Shown: positions 24,400 through 38,318 of the stretch, one piece after another
Layout of the letters: every line of letters begins with the position of its first letter
How positions within the stretch are numbered: position 1 is the first letter of the stretch
Origin: Antedon mediterranea
Lineage: Eukaryota; Animalia; Echinodermata
Reading direction: 5' to 3'
NCBI RefSeq assembly: GCF_964355755.1
Contig: NC_092670.1
Location: forward strand, 32,724,388 to 32,788,387
Length of the DNA: 64,000 nucleotides
Translations under genes and position numbers: made by a program
Notes under the pieces: generated by a model
What the model was told of the DNA's origin: nothing
Seen by the model: the letters and a program-made list of their open reading frames with translations, nothing else
Database searches by the model: none

Positions 24400-26730
24400 A
24401 TGAGCAGCGGAAGTGGTCGAAAATGTCTACTAATTCATATTCTATTAATGTGGGTAAGTACATGTGCATTATTAAAAATATACACTATAGATACAGTTGA
24501 ACCTTTCTGCTGTTTCTCCTGTGCAGAAAACTTTCCAAAAAGGATACTCATCCACCATGGAAATCCTATTTGGTACTACTCTCTGTACATTTTTTGGTTC
24601 GTTTGAACATTATTCATTCAATAAAAAAATATTAATATTTTAAACATTCTAAACTTTTTCGAACACGTAATATAATAGTATCCTAAAATATTTGTAAGCA
24701 TGCATCATGTAAGTGGAAACTTTTACAAATGACAATTTACCTTCTGTAAGTGGAAACCCGGAAAGTTTTTCGAAGAATATAATTTTTACACACAACCCAC
24801 GTGTTTCTGAACAGAAAAATGTTTAAAGATTCAATGAAATGTAAATAATGTACAATGCTTAAACTATCTTCTGCAGGTCAACTAAGATTTCTGGTCATCT
24901 AATCAACTGAAAATCTCGCAAACACTAATTTAGTAGGCCTAAGTGGAATATGATATTACATATGATACCATAAATATAAAACAAATATGAAATTAATTAG
25001 ATACAATGTGACTATTACCAAAAAGGTTTTCCATAGATACAGTAGGAGCACTTATGAGGGTTTTTACTTACTGTATAGTTTGCAGATGATAAATATATTA
25101 TTTTTATATAATCGTATAGTAGTGTCATAAGTCATTCAGATATATCATAAGTGGTCATGCATACTTTCATGTATTCTGTCACCTACATAACCACTTATTT
25201 GGAGAAGTTTGGTGAACCTTACCGATTATTATAAATAACAAAATTACAGTAACACTTTTTTGAAGAAACATAACTGAGAACAGGCCCTAACATTTTATGT
25301 TCTACTATTTTTAATGGATATTGCAACTATCACTTCCGTTTATTTGCTTATTGAATTCTCTTGCAGGAATTACTCGTCATTTGCGTTACCTTAGCACACG
25401 CTAACTTGTGTTCAGTCAATCAAACACCAGTGAGAACATTGGAAGGATATCGGTGTGTCAAGCTGGTTGAAAATAAATGTTTTACATTTATAAGAACGCA
25501 TTCTATTAACAATATTACCACAGTTAAAAATGTATCTCTAATGCTTGACGTGAGTAATAAAAAAATAACACCAGAAGAAAGTGTTATATACAATATAAAT
25601 GAACATTCAACTGTAAATTCAAAATATACTCAACATTCACAATATGCTATACATCCATCTTCAACTAAAATTTCAACATCTACTATAAGTTCACCATCAA
25701 CTATGAATTTGCCATCTACTACAGATTCACTATCAACTATCAATTCACCATCAAATATAAATTCTTCGTCCACAATAAATTCACCTTCTACTATAAATTC
25801 ACTACCAACTACAAATTCACCACCAACTACAAATTCACCATCTACTACAAATTCACCACAAACTACAAATTCACCACCAATTACAAATTCACTACCAACT
25901 ATAAATTCACAAACAACTACAAATTCACCACCTACTACAAATTTACCACCAACTACAAATTCACCATCTACTTCAAATTCACCACAAACTACAAATGCAC
26001 CATCTACTACAAATTCACTACTAACTATAAATTCACATTCTACTATAAATTTACAGTCTAACACGGAAGTTGGTAAAGTTACTACATCATATAGAACATG
26101 TGATAGCACATCTCATGATATTTTGGTTCATTTTGTATTTGAAGGTGATACATGGACCAACAATGGCATTGGTAGACAAATCTACGGTAATATTAGCGGT
26201 TCTTGAATTGAATATCAAAATGGAATTCTCGACCTTGGAATTGTGTTTACATGAAACCAGAGAATGACGATTCCAATGCAAACATTTGAACTTGGACCTG
26301 AATTTTCAGTCAGTGTTTTCTTTCGACGAAATGGTGGTGGCGATGTTCAAGCTATAATAAACAATGGGTGTGGTAATGATCATTGGCAAATAAAAGCATT
26401 TTTTTTTCAAATCCAGGACCGATGTACGTTATTGGTACATTTACTAATGATGTAAATTGTATCTGTAAAGTGGAAGCTAATAATGAATGGCATCATGTAG
26501 TTATGACGTATGATGGCTTTGTGTTTCTATTTTACTTAGACGCTGTAATTCAAGAAGAATGCGTTACATTTGGTAACTTTCCTATATTAAATTCGGATAT
26601 TTTTGTAGGTCAAGAAAGTGATGACTGTTTCCCTCTAAATGGATTTTCTGGTATGATAGATGAATTGTTGATATTCAATAGTTGTATGCCAACAGAGCTA
26701 ATCCATATATTTTATAACAACAGGAATTAA
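24400..26730 (+). pseudogene. LamG-family copy B, disabled; exon1 24400-24453, exon2 25367-26730
   Basis: GGA>TGA at 26204 and 26252, and T9 instead of T7 at 26399-26407, relative to copy C. Confidence 0.88.
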
Positions 26731-28294
26731 AACATTGAATAAATAAAAGAAAGAAGCATCTTACCAACAATTTAGGCCTACATGTATCAATTTGTCGACT
26801 TTCAATGACTGGTATCAATGTATGCTGTATCTCCGAATTCAATAACAATCGTTTTAATTATAATAATTATTATAGTACAGTATTATAGTCTGTAATCAGT
26901 ACTCGTAAAAGGAATAGTATTAATAATGTAAAAAATACTCTCAAATTGTTTTAAGTAAATTATTAGGAACTTGGAGTTTATTTCAAATGTTAATTGAAGA
27001 AGAGGTCAATTAGTATAAAGTTAAGCACGGTGGTATGTTACATTAGGTAGGTAGTTTTCTAGAAATTGTATATTACTTTTGGTGTCTTACTGATGTTGTT
27101 ATCACTGTTGATCGTTATGAAGTTTTTAAATTGTTTCAACTATTATAATAAGAATAAGAAATAAATATTATTTATTTTTACTCATATACTTAAAGTACCT
27201 GTCAATAAAGTTGACTCTTTTGATTCTCCAGTTGGTAATTGCAAAAATTGATAAGCAATACAGTATAAAATGAACACGTTTTGTCAAAGCGTATTCGTTT
27301 TACTGTATTGCTTATCAATGTTGTTTTCTCAATTACCAACTGGAGAATCAAAATAGTCAACTAAAGTCAATACGTAAAAGAAAAAATAAACAGTAATCGA
27401 TAGGACTGGGCTTTTATTACTTATACACATTTTCTTTGTGTTTCAATCATATAATTAGATATACTGATTTTATGACGTATAATGACTATGATGTGCACGG
27501 AAAAAAGTTAGAAAAGTACTACTTAACGATTGTAAAATAGTGCGTGCTATTGCCCGTCATGTGACCTACAATCGTCCAATCCATTTACATGAATTTGTTT
27601 AGACGTTATATAATTATAATTGTTACATCGCTTTCAAAAATCAACATGGCCCATTATTTGCTAAAGTAGATTAATAAAACAAATTTTATTCGGTAACTCC
27701 ATAACATTATTTGTACTATTGCATCCATAATTTATTATTTGTATATTATAGTACCTAAAAATGACAAGCATCTAATTTATTTGTGCTTTAGTTGAACTGT
27801 AAGAATTAAAAGTATTAATATTTCAAACAATATTTCGCTATTGTTATTTTCATTATTTGTAATAGAACACGTACATTACTATAAATAACTTTAATGTAAT
27901 CATTACAAGTACACTATTGACAAATCGATTTCTATATATATCGGAACACGTCATCATGAGTGAAATATATTTTTGAGGAAGATTTTAAGGCAGAAAATAT
28001 TAATTGTAGAATATCAAATTAATAACAAAACATATTAAATTATAGGACTACAAATTCGGTATTTGATACAACGTTTAAAAAAGTTATATTTTAGATTGGA
28101 GAAATTTGATGTTTAATTAGAGTACACAGTATTACAGTAATGGACAGAATATTGTACAATTTAATAAGGGTACCAAATTCAAGAAACAGATTCACTTAGC
28201 TTGCAGACCACAAAAGAAATGGAGTTGATGCAGTTTGAAGATAGTAGCAGGGAAGAAATTTCAATTTTTCCCTAATAGTAGAATTTTGTACAAA

Positions 28295-30623
28295 ATGAGC
28301 AGCGGAAGTGGTCGAAAATGTCTACTAATTCATATTCTACTAATTTGGGTAAGTACATGTGCATTATTAAAAATATACACTATAGATACAGTTGAACCTT
28401 ACTGCTGTTTCTCCTGTGCAGAAAACTTTTCATAAAGGACACTCATCCATGGAAATCCTATTTGGTACTACTCTCTGTACATTTTTTTGGTTCTTTTGAA
28501 CATTATTCATTCAAAAAAAAAAAATTAATAATTTAAACATTCTAAACTTTTTCGAACACGTAATATAATAGTATCCTAAAATATTTGTAAGCATGCATCA
28601 TGTAAGTGGAAACTTTTACAAATGACAATTTACCTTCTGTAAGTGGAAACCCGGAAAGTTTTTCGAAGAATATAATTTTTACACACAACCCACGTGTTTC
28701 TGAACAGAAAAATGTTTAAAGATTCAATGAAATGTAAATAATGTACAATGCTTAAACTATCTTCTGCAGGTCAACTAAGAATTCTGGTTATCTAATCAAC
28801 TGAAATTCTCGCAAACACTAATTTAGTAGGCCTAAGTGGAATATGATATTACATATGATACCATAAATATAAGACAAATATGAAATTAATTAGATACAAT
28901 GTGACTATTACCAAAAAGGTTTTCCATAGATACAGTAGGAGTGCACTTATGAGGGTTTTTACTTACTGTATAGTTTGCAGATGATAAATATATTATTTTT
29001 ATATAATCGTATAGTAGTGTCATAAGTCATTCAGATATATCATAAGTGGTCATGCATACTTTCATGTATTCTGTCACCTACATAACCACTTATTTGGAGA
29101 AGTTTGGTGAACCTTACCGATTATTATAAATAACGAAATTACAGTAACACTTTTTTGAAGAAACATAACTGAGAACAGGCCCTAACATTTTATGTTCTAC
29201 TATTTTTAATGGATATTGCAACTATCACTTCCGTTTATTTGCTTATTGAATTGTCTTGCAGGAATTACTCGTCATTTGCGTTACCTTAGCACACGCTAAC
29301 TTGTGTTCAGTCAATCAAACACCAGTGAGAACATTGGAAGGATATCGGTGTGTCAAGCTAGTTGAAAAGAAATGTTTTAAATTTATAAGAACGCATTCTA
29401 TTAACAATATTACCACAGTTAAAAATGTATCTCTAATGCTTGACGTGAGTAATAAAATAATAATACCAGAAGAAAGTGTTATATACAATATAAACGAACT
29501 TTTAACTGTACATTCAAAATATACCCAACATTCACAATCTACTATACATCCATCATCAACTAAAAATTCACCATCTACTATAAATTCAACATCAACTATG
29601 AATTTGCCATCTACTACAAATTCAGCACCAACTATAAATTCACCATCAGATATAAATTCTCCGTCCACTATAAATTCACCTTCTACTATAAATTCACTAC
29701 CAACTACAAATTTATCACCAACTACAAATTCCCCATCTACTACAAATTCACCACAAACTACAAATTCACCACCAATTACAAATTCACTACCAACTATAAA
29801 TTCACAAACAACTACAAATTCACCACCAACTACAAATTTAGAACCAACTACAAATCCACCATCTACTACAAATTCACCACAAACTACAAATGCACCATCT
29901 ACTACAAATTCACTACCAACTTTAAATTCACCTTCTACTATAAATGTACAGTCTAACACGGAAGTTGGTAAAGTTACTAAATCATATAGAACATGTGATA
30001 GCACATCTCATGATATTTTGGTTCAATTCGTATTTGAAGGTGATACATGGACCAACAATGGCATTGGTAGACAAATCTACGGTAATATTAGCGGTTCTGG
30101 AATTGAATATCAAAATGGAATTCTCGACCTTGGAATTGTGTTTACAGGAAACCAGAGAATGACGATTCCAATGAAAACATTTGAACTTGGACCTGAATTT
30201 TCAGTCAGTGTTTTCTTTCGACGAAATGGTGGTGGCGATGTTCAAGCTATAATAAACAATGGGTGTGGTAATGATCATTGGCAAATAAAAGCATTTTTTT
30301 CAAATCCAGGACCGATGTACGTTATTGGTACATTTACTAATGATGTAAATTGTGTCTGTAAAGTGGAAGCTAATAATGAATGGCATCATGTAGTTATGAC
30401 GTATGATGGCTTTGTGTTTCTATTTTACTTAGACGCTGTAATTCAAGAAGAATGCGTTACATTTGGTAAATTTCCAATATTAAATTCGGATATTTTTGTA
30501 GGTCAAGAAAGTGATGACTGTTTCTCTCTAAATGGATTTTCTGGTATGATAGATGAATTGTTGATATTCAATAGTTGTATGCCAACAGAGCTAATCCATA
30601 TATTTTATAACAACAGGAATTAA
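28295..30623 (+). CDS. LamG-family copy C, intact; exon1 28295-28348, exon2 29262-30623
   Basis: MSSGSGRKCLLIHILLIW|gtaagt spliced to ttgcag|GAATTA. Open frame through stalk and LamG. Confidence 0.87.
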
Positions 30624-32191
30624 AACATTGAATAAACAAAAGAAAGAAGCATCTTACCAACAATTTAGGCCTACATGTATCAAATTGTCGACTTTCAATG
30701 ACTCGTATCAATGTATGCTGTATCTCCGAATTCAATAACAATCGTTTTAATTATAATAATTATTATAGTACAGTATTATAGTCTGTCAAAAATCAAAATT
30801 CGTAAAAGCAATAGTATTAATAATGTAAAAAATACTCTCAAATTGTTTTAAGTAAAATATTAGGAACTTGGGAGTTTATTTCAAAGGTTAATTGAAGAAG
30901 AGGTCAATTAGTATAAAGTTAAGCACGGTGGTATGTTACATTAGGTAGGTAGTTTTTTAGAAATTGTATATTACTTTTGGTGTCTTACTAATGTTGTTAT
31001 CACTATTGATCGTTATGAAGTTTTTGAATTGTTTCAACTATTATAATAAGAATAAGAAATAAATATTATTTATTTTTACTCATATACTTAAAGTACCTGT
31101 CAATAAAGTTGACTATTTGATTCTCCAGTTGGTAATTGCAAAAATTGATAAGCAATACAGTATAAAATGAACACGTTTTGTCAAAGCGTATTCGTTTTAC
31201 TGTATTGCTTATCAATGTTGTTTTCTCAATTACCAACAGGAGAATCAAAATAGTCAACTAAAGTCAATACGTAAAAGAAAGAATAAACAGTAATCGATAG
31301 GACTGGGCTTTTATTACTTATACTAATTTTCTTTGTGTTTCAATCATATAATTAGATATACTGATTTTATGACGTGTAATGACTATGATGTGCACGGAAA
31401 AAAGTTAGAAAAGTACTACTTAACGATTGTAAAACAGTGAGGGCTATTGCCCGTCATGTGACCTACAATCGTCCAATCCATTTACATAAATTTGTTTAGG
31501 TGTTATATAATTATAATTGTTACATTGCTTTCAAAAATCAACATGGCCCATTCCTCGCTAAAGTAGATTAATAAAACAAATTTTATTCGGTAACTCCATA
31601 ACATTATTTGTACTATTGCATCCATAATTTATTATTTGTATATTATAGTACCTAAAAATGACAAGCATCTAATATATTTGTGCTTTAGTTGAACAGTAAG
31701 AATTAAAAGTATTAATATTTCAAACAATATTTCGCTATTGTTATTTTCATTATTTGTAATAGAACCCGTACATTACTATAAATAACTTTAATGTAATCAT
31801 TACAAGTACACTATTGACAAATCGATTTCTATATATATCGGAACACGTCATCATGAGTGAAATATATTTTTGAGGAAGATTTTAAGGCAGAAAATATTAA
31901 TTGTAGAATATCAAATTAATAACAAAACATATTAAATTATAGGACTACAAATTTGGTATTTGATACAACGTTTAAAAAAGTTATATTTTAGATTGGAGAA
32001 ATTTGATGTTTAATTAGAGTACACAGTATTACAGTAATGGACAGAATATTGTACAATTTAATAAGGGTACCAAATTCAAGAAACAGATTCACTTAGCTTG
32101 CAGACCACAAAAGAAACGGAGTTGATGCAGTTTGAAGATAGTAGCAGGGAAGAAATTTCAATTTTTTCCTAATAGTAGAATTTTGTACAAA

Positions 32192-34292
32192 ATGAGCAGC
32201 GGAAGTGGTCGAAAATGTCTACTAATTCATATTCTACTAATGTGGGTAAGTACATGTGCATTATTAAAATTATACACTATAGATACAGTTGAACCTTTCT
32301 GCTGTTTCTCCTGTGCAGAAAACTTTCCATAAAAGACACTCATCCATGGAAATCCTATTTGGTACTAGTCTCTGTACATTTTTTTGGTTCTTTTGAACAT
32401 TATTCATTCAATAAAAAATATTAATATTTTAAACATTCTAAACTTTTTCGAACACGTAATATAATAGTATCCTAAAATATTTGTAAGCATGCATCATGTA
32501 AGTGGAAACTTTTACAAATGACAATTTACCTTCTGTAAGTGGAAACCCGGAAAGTTTTTCGAAGAATATAATTTTTACACACAACCCACGTGTTTCTGAA
32601 CAGAAAAATGTTTAAAGATTCAATGAAATGTAAATAATGTACAATGCTTAAACTATCTGCTGCAGGTCAACTAAGAATTCTGGTCATCTAATCAACTGAA
32701 AATCTCGCAAACACTAATTTAGTAGGCCTAAGTGGAATATGATATTACATATGTTACCATAAATATAAGACAAATATGAAATTAATTAGATACAATGTGA
32801 TTATTACCAAAAAGGTTTTCCATAGATACAGTAGGAGTGCACTTATGAGGGTTTTTACTTACTGTATAGTATGCAGATGATAAATATATTATTTTTATAT
32901 AATTGTATTGTAGTGCCATAAGTCATTCAGATATATCATAAGTGGTCATGCATACTTTCATGTATTCTGTCACCTACATAACCACTTATTTGGAGAAGTT
33001 TGGTGAACCTTACCGATTATTATAAACAACAAAATTACAGTAGCACTTTCTTGAAGAAACATAACTGAGAACAGGCCCTAACATTTTATGTTCTATTATT
33101 TTTTAATGGATATTGCAACTATCACTTCCGTTTATTTGCTTATTTAATTGTCTTGCAGGAGTTACTCGTCATTTGCGTTACCTTAGCACACGCTAACTCG
33201 TGTTCAGTCAATCAAACACCGGTGAGAACATTGGAAGGATATCGGTGTGTCAAGCTAGTTGAAAATAAATGTTTTACATTTATAAGAACGCATTCTATTA
33301 ACAATATTACCACAGTTAAAAATGTATCTATAATGCTTGACGTGAGTAATAAAATAATAACACCAGATGAAAGTGTTATATACAATATAAATGAACATTC
33401 AACTGTAAATTCAAAATATACTCAACATTCACAATATGCTATACATCCATCTTCAACTAAAATTTCAACATCTACTATAAGTTCACCATCAACTATGAAT
33501 TTGCCATCTACTACAGATTCACTATCAACTATCAATTCACCATCAAATATAAATTCTTCACCCACTATAAATTCACCTTCTACTATAAATGTACAGTCTA
33601 ATAGCATTGGAAACACGGAAGTTGGTAAAGTTACTACACCATATCGAATATGCAATAGCACATCTCATGATATTTTGGTTCATTTCGCATTTGAAGGTGA
33701 TACATGGACCAGTGGCATTGACAGACAATTCTACGGTAATATTAGCGGTTCTGGAATTGAGTATCGAAATGGACTTCTCGGCCTTGGAATTGTGTTCACG
33801 GGAAACCAGAGAATGATGATTCCAATGGAAAATGTTGAACTTGGACCTGACTTTTCAGTCAGTGTTTGGTTTCAGCGCAATGGTGGTGATGATATTCAAG
33901 CTATAATAAACAATGGGTGTGGTGACGAAGGTCGGTTGCAAATAAAAATTTCAGTTCAAAGTACAGGTTTTATGAAGATTATGGGTAAATTTACAAATGA
34001 AATAACTTGTATCTGTGTAGTGAAAACTAATAATGAATGGCATCATATAGTTATGACGTATGATGGTTTCGTTTTTCTATTTTACTTAAACGCCGTGATT
34101 CAAGACCAATGTATTAAATTTGGTAACTTTCCAATTTCGAATTCGGATGTTTTCGTAGGTAAAAAAAGTGATGATTGTTTTGAATTACGTCCGTTTACCG
34201 GTATGATTGATGAACTGTTTATTTTCAATAGTTGTTTACCAACAGAGCTAATCCGAAATTTATATAACAACAGGAATGACAATATTGAATAA
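32192..34292 (+). CDS. LamG-family copy D, intact, short stalk; exon1 32192-32245, exon2 33159-34292
   Basis: Same exon structure with an open frame. LamG domain diverged from A-C. Confidence 0.87.
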
Positions 34293-35385
34293 ACTAAAAT
34301 ATTGAATTTAATTAAGTAAAAAATAATAATTAAAAACGCCATGAAAGAACACAATACAAATTTTGAATTCGGATAGTAGGTCAACAAAGTGAGGATTGTT
34401 TATATTTAAAAGGCTTTTCTTACGGATAGATGAATTGTACAGTTCATATTCAATATTTTTATTCCAGCAAATCTTCTATATCAACAGGAATAAAAATATT
34501 AAATGCACCAAAGAAAGAAGCCTGTTACTAATAATGTCGACCTCCATGTAGGCCAATCGTTGAATATGTCTGGCAGAATTACTGGCATTACATATACTAG
34601 AGATGTAGACGATGGTTCTCGGAATGATAATGATTCGGGTAAAAATGTTTTAGAAGGGCGTTCTGGCTTGGAATTTTTCGGTCGGTTACCATGATTGAAA
34701 TGCTTGGTATTCGTAAAACTAAACCGACTCTGTTTCACTGAAGGTCTAGATGATTAATACCATTTTAAGGTATTGTTTGGTAGGGCCCTTATAGGGCGGA
34801 GATTGGAAGGTCGACTTCATTTGAGGGAGATGCTTATTCGATGGATACGTTTAATTTTTTAGTTTTGATAACAATGGGTATTTATAATAACATAAAATCC
34901 TCTAATATAATATATGAAAAGTGGTAACATAAATAACAAATGCTTGGTAAATTGTATATAACAGTCCGATGAATTCTACTACAAAAAGTGTAATATTGTG
35001 TTGTAAATATAATACAAAATGTGTGTAAATGTGGATAAATACCATCCTAATTGGTATAATAAATACATTATTTAGTTTAAACATATTTTGAAATTAACTT
35101 CCGCGACACAGTGGGTCGTTTTCTGCCTATGAAGGAAGACGTTTTAGACGGCTTGCAACATGGGCAGAAGTATCTCAGGGTCCTAACGGGACACATATAG
35201 CTCACAGTTAGTTAGCTAACTAAACAACACGGCTATCGGGGTTTCACTATATACTATTTCCCACAATATATATATATATATATCTGTTGCGCGTATGTAC
35301 AACTGAGGACCAGTGCTGTTCCACCGTACCACGCCGAGAATGTTAAAGAGTCGCTATACAATCGAGTTTGAACAATACCATGAAA

Positions 35386-35457
35386 GCCCCAGTGGTCTAA
35401 TGGTTAGGGCAACTGCATATCAAGCAGACGGTCCGAGTTCGAGTCTCGGTTGGGGCA
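35386..35457 (+). tRNA. tRNA-like sequence, anticodon ATC (Asp-type); probably tRNA-derived repeat or pseudo-tRNA
   Basis: Acceptor GCCCCAG/TTGGGGC, D-arm with TGGTCTAATGG A box, CTGC-ATATCAA-GCAG anticodon arm, CCGAG-TTCGAGT-CTCGG T arm, followed by a T6 run. Confidence 0.55.
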
Positions 35458-35749
35458 ACTTTTTCTCATTCTCACAGATTTCCTCATCTTTATCGTTTCA
35501 AATTAATTAATTACATTTCAGTATATCACCGGGCGGTTTAGAATTAATGTTCTTTGCCTACTGTGTTTATATATATAAAAGTATCTCTTCGGAGATCCCG
35601 TCACGTGAATAAAAATACTGTAAGATGAGGGCGTATCAATTTGATCTCTGTTGCGCGTGTGTACAACTGAGGACTAGTGCTGTTCCGCCGTACCACGCCG
35701 AGAATGTTAAATAGTCGCTATCCAATCGAGTTTGAACAATACCATGAAA

Positions 35750-35821
35750 GCCCCAGTGGTCTAATGGTTAGGGCAACTGCATATCAAGCAGGCGGTCCGA
35801 GTTCGAGTCTCGGTTGGGGCG
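35750..35821 (+). tRNA. Second tRNA-like copy, anticodon ATC
   Basis: Same as 35386-35457 with two substitutions, followed by a T run. Confidence 0.55.
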
Positions 35822-36313
35822 ACTTTTTCTCATTCTCACAGATTTCCTCATCATTATCGTTTCAGATTAATTAATTAAATTTCAGTATATCACCGGGCGG
35901 TTTAGAATTAATGTTCTTTGCCTACTGTGTTTATATATATAAAAGTATCTCTTTGGAGATCCCGCCACGTGAATAAAAATACTGTAAGATGAGGGCGTAT
36001 CAATTTGATCTCTGTTGCGCATGTGTACAACTGAGGACTAGTGCTGTTCCGCCGTACCACGCCGAGAATGTTAAAGAGTCGCTATCCAATCAAGGAGGCC
36101 TAACTAGTCAGAATAAATTCCAACTTTAATATGCAACGGTTTTAAAAATAATATTATGTATTATGTAAATCAAGTGTACTGTGTAAATTATATATAAATC
36201 ATACTGTCAAATTATAGAAACAGTGCTCATATACGGAACATGATGATCTCATAATCGCGTCGAGCATAGCTCATTGGCGAAAGTTCCATATTGTTTAGTT
36301 GTATGAAAAAAAT

Positions 36314-36369
36314 GTCTCTGGCGGGATTCGAACCTGTTACTTCTCGCAGGTTCGAATCCCGCCAGAGAC
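36314..36369. repeat. Perfect 23-bp hairpin made of tRNA 3'-half (B box) sequence
   Basis: gtctctggcgggattcgaacctg - ttacttctcg - caggttcgaatcccgccagagac. Confidence 0.9.
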
Positions 36370-36773
36370 TTACTTTATCATTGTTGTTCAAATTCTCTGT
36401 TCATTTTCTATTTTTTCAACGATGCATATCTGAAACTTGGTAATGAAGAATTTTTTTTATTGCAATGAAATCTATGATACAGTATATAGAGCCAGCTAAT
36501 TGAAAGTGATTTTGGTTTCATGTAAATGGGATAGACTACCGTTTCTTCACATAACATTTTTCAATTTCAAGATTTCGAAATTTGAAAGTATGATAATCAT
36601 AATCGTAATAATACAGAAAACAGTTTTATAAAAGACATTTCATACATTTTTAGAAAAAAAAGTACAAAATAACTTTGTCGATGTCGATATTGTTTTTTTA
36701 TATTGATAACAAAGGTTTAACATTTGTATATTACCTGCAAATGACAATCATCTAATTAATATATCCTTTACTT

Positions 36774-37237
36774 GTGAGGTGGTTTCCCGATTAATCGTAC
36801 GATCAAAACGGTACTGGGTATGATCAACTAGCGTTCGTGTTCCCACCTAATCATCCATTCATAGAAGTACTGATGAAGATATCAATCATATACTAACAAA
36901 TTTTATTCTGTTTATATTTTTTCTTTATGTACACGTCAACTAACGATCAAATAACAGTTTTCTCATCGCAACGTGTACAATGTAATTTAGAAAACTACAA
37001 CCATTTTTCAATAAACATACACATCATACAACGTACATTTCTAGCCTAACAAACTTTTCAAAACTTTCTATTATTTAAAAGTCGAATATAACCAGGTCTT
37101 GGATCAATTCTATTGTCGCCACAGATTGATATCTTCATCAGTACTTCTATGAATGGATGATAAGGTGGGAACACGAACGATAGTTGATCATACCCAGTAC
37201 AGTTTTGATCGTACGATTAATTGGGAAACCACCTCAC
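36774..37237. mobile_element. MITE with about 114-bp terminal inverted repeats
   Basis: 36774-36887 is the reverse complement of 37124-37237 with few mismatches. TSD not resolved. Confidence 0.85.
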
Positions 37238-38318
37238 GAATTAAAAGGTGTATTATAAATTTTATTTTCTTCAAAAAATATTTAGACAGGAGAAAAATCA
37301 GGTATTGCACCTGTTTAATGGTCCTGTTTTTGTTAGCAATAGATTAAAAACATTCATGAAAGACATCAACAAATACTTACAATAAAACTTTAAAATCATA
37401 ATACAAAGACAGACAATATTTGCAATGTTGTAAAAGAAGTGAAACAAAGGAGGGAAATAAAAATGAATTGTTCAGAACATGTTTACAAATATAGTAATAC
37501 AATGGTCTAAACAGAGAAAATTCCTAAAATACAATTGTAAAATAAAATTGGATTCAAGCAAAATGGTAAAATAGTGAGGATATAACTTGCGAAGACAAAT
37601 TTTTTATAATTTTATTTAAAATTATTTTGAAGATTCTTTAATTTCTTGCGGTAGAGCAACAGCGAATTTAAGCGAGCTCTTAATTATTTTTACACTTGGC
37701 TTAGAGGGAACCATATTCAGTGATTCAGATTACCTAATGTTTTAACCATGTCCGTTAAATACCATTTCTATTTCATTACATAGTCTTAAAGGTGCAGTAC
37801 CATTAATACATTTAATCATGATATAGAAAAATTTCTTCTTATTTGAAATAATTTCCATGATATCATTGATTATGTCATCACCACGTGTTGTTTTATAATT
37901 AAAATTAGTTGTATATTAATATTTCAAACAATATGTCTGTAATATTATTTTCATTATTTGTAATAGAACACATAACAGTACTATAAATAACTTTCATCGT
38001 TGCAACTATTGCATTAATAGTAACCAGCGCCTGATTTATATTTTGAGGATGATATTGTAGCAGAAATATTAATTGTAGAATATTGAATTATTAAAAAAAC
38101 ATATACAATTATTGGACTACAAATTTGGTATTTGATACAACATTTTAAAATGACTATATACCTTAGATTGGAGACATTAAATAATGTTAAATTAGAAATG
38201 GTACTTGAATAAAAATTTGGAATGATAAAATATTATCGTACAATTTAATAAGGATACGCATTTCACGAAAAGATTCACTTAACGAATAAGAGCTGGTAGA
38301 GCCTGAAGACTGTATAGA

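Larger units (their letters stand above)
22860..33600. repeat. Recent tandem triplication, unit about 3.9 kb
   Basis: Homologous ORF starts at 25361, 29256 and 33153 (spacing 3895 and 3897). Intergenic and intron sequences are nearly identical. Confidence 0.95.
35282..36092 (+). repeat. 364-bp tandem repeat (2.2 units) containing a tRNA-like cloverleaf
   Basis: Units start at ~35282, 35646 and 36010, preceded by (ta)n. Confidence 0.92.

Noticed and set aside
26204-26254. In-frame TGAs as selenocysteine or readthrough codons
   Set aside because: They replace Gly rather than Cys, a frameshift follows and no SECIS was seen.
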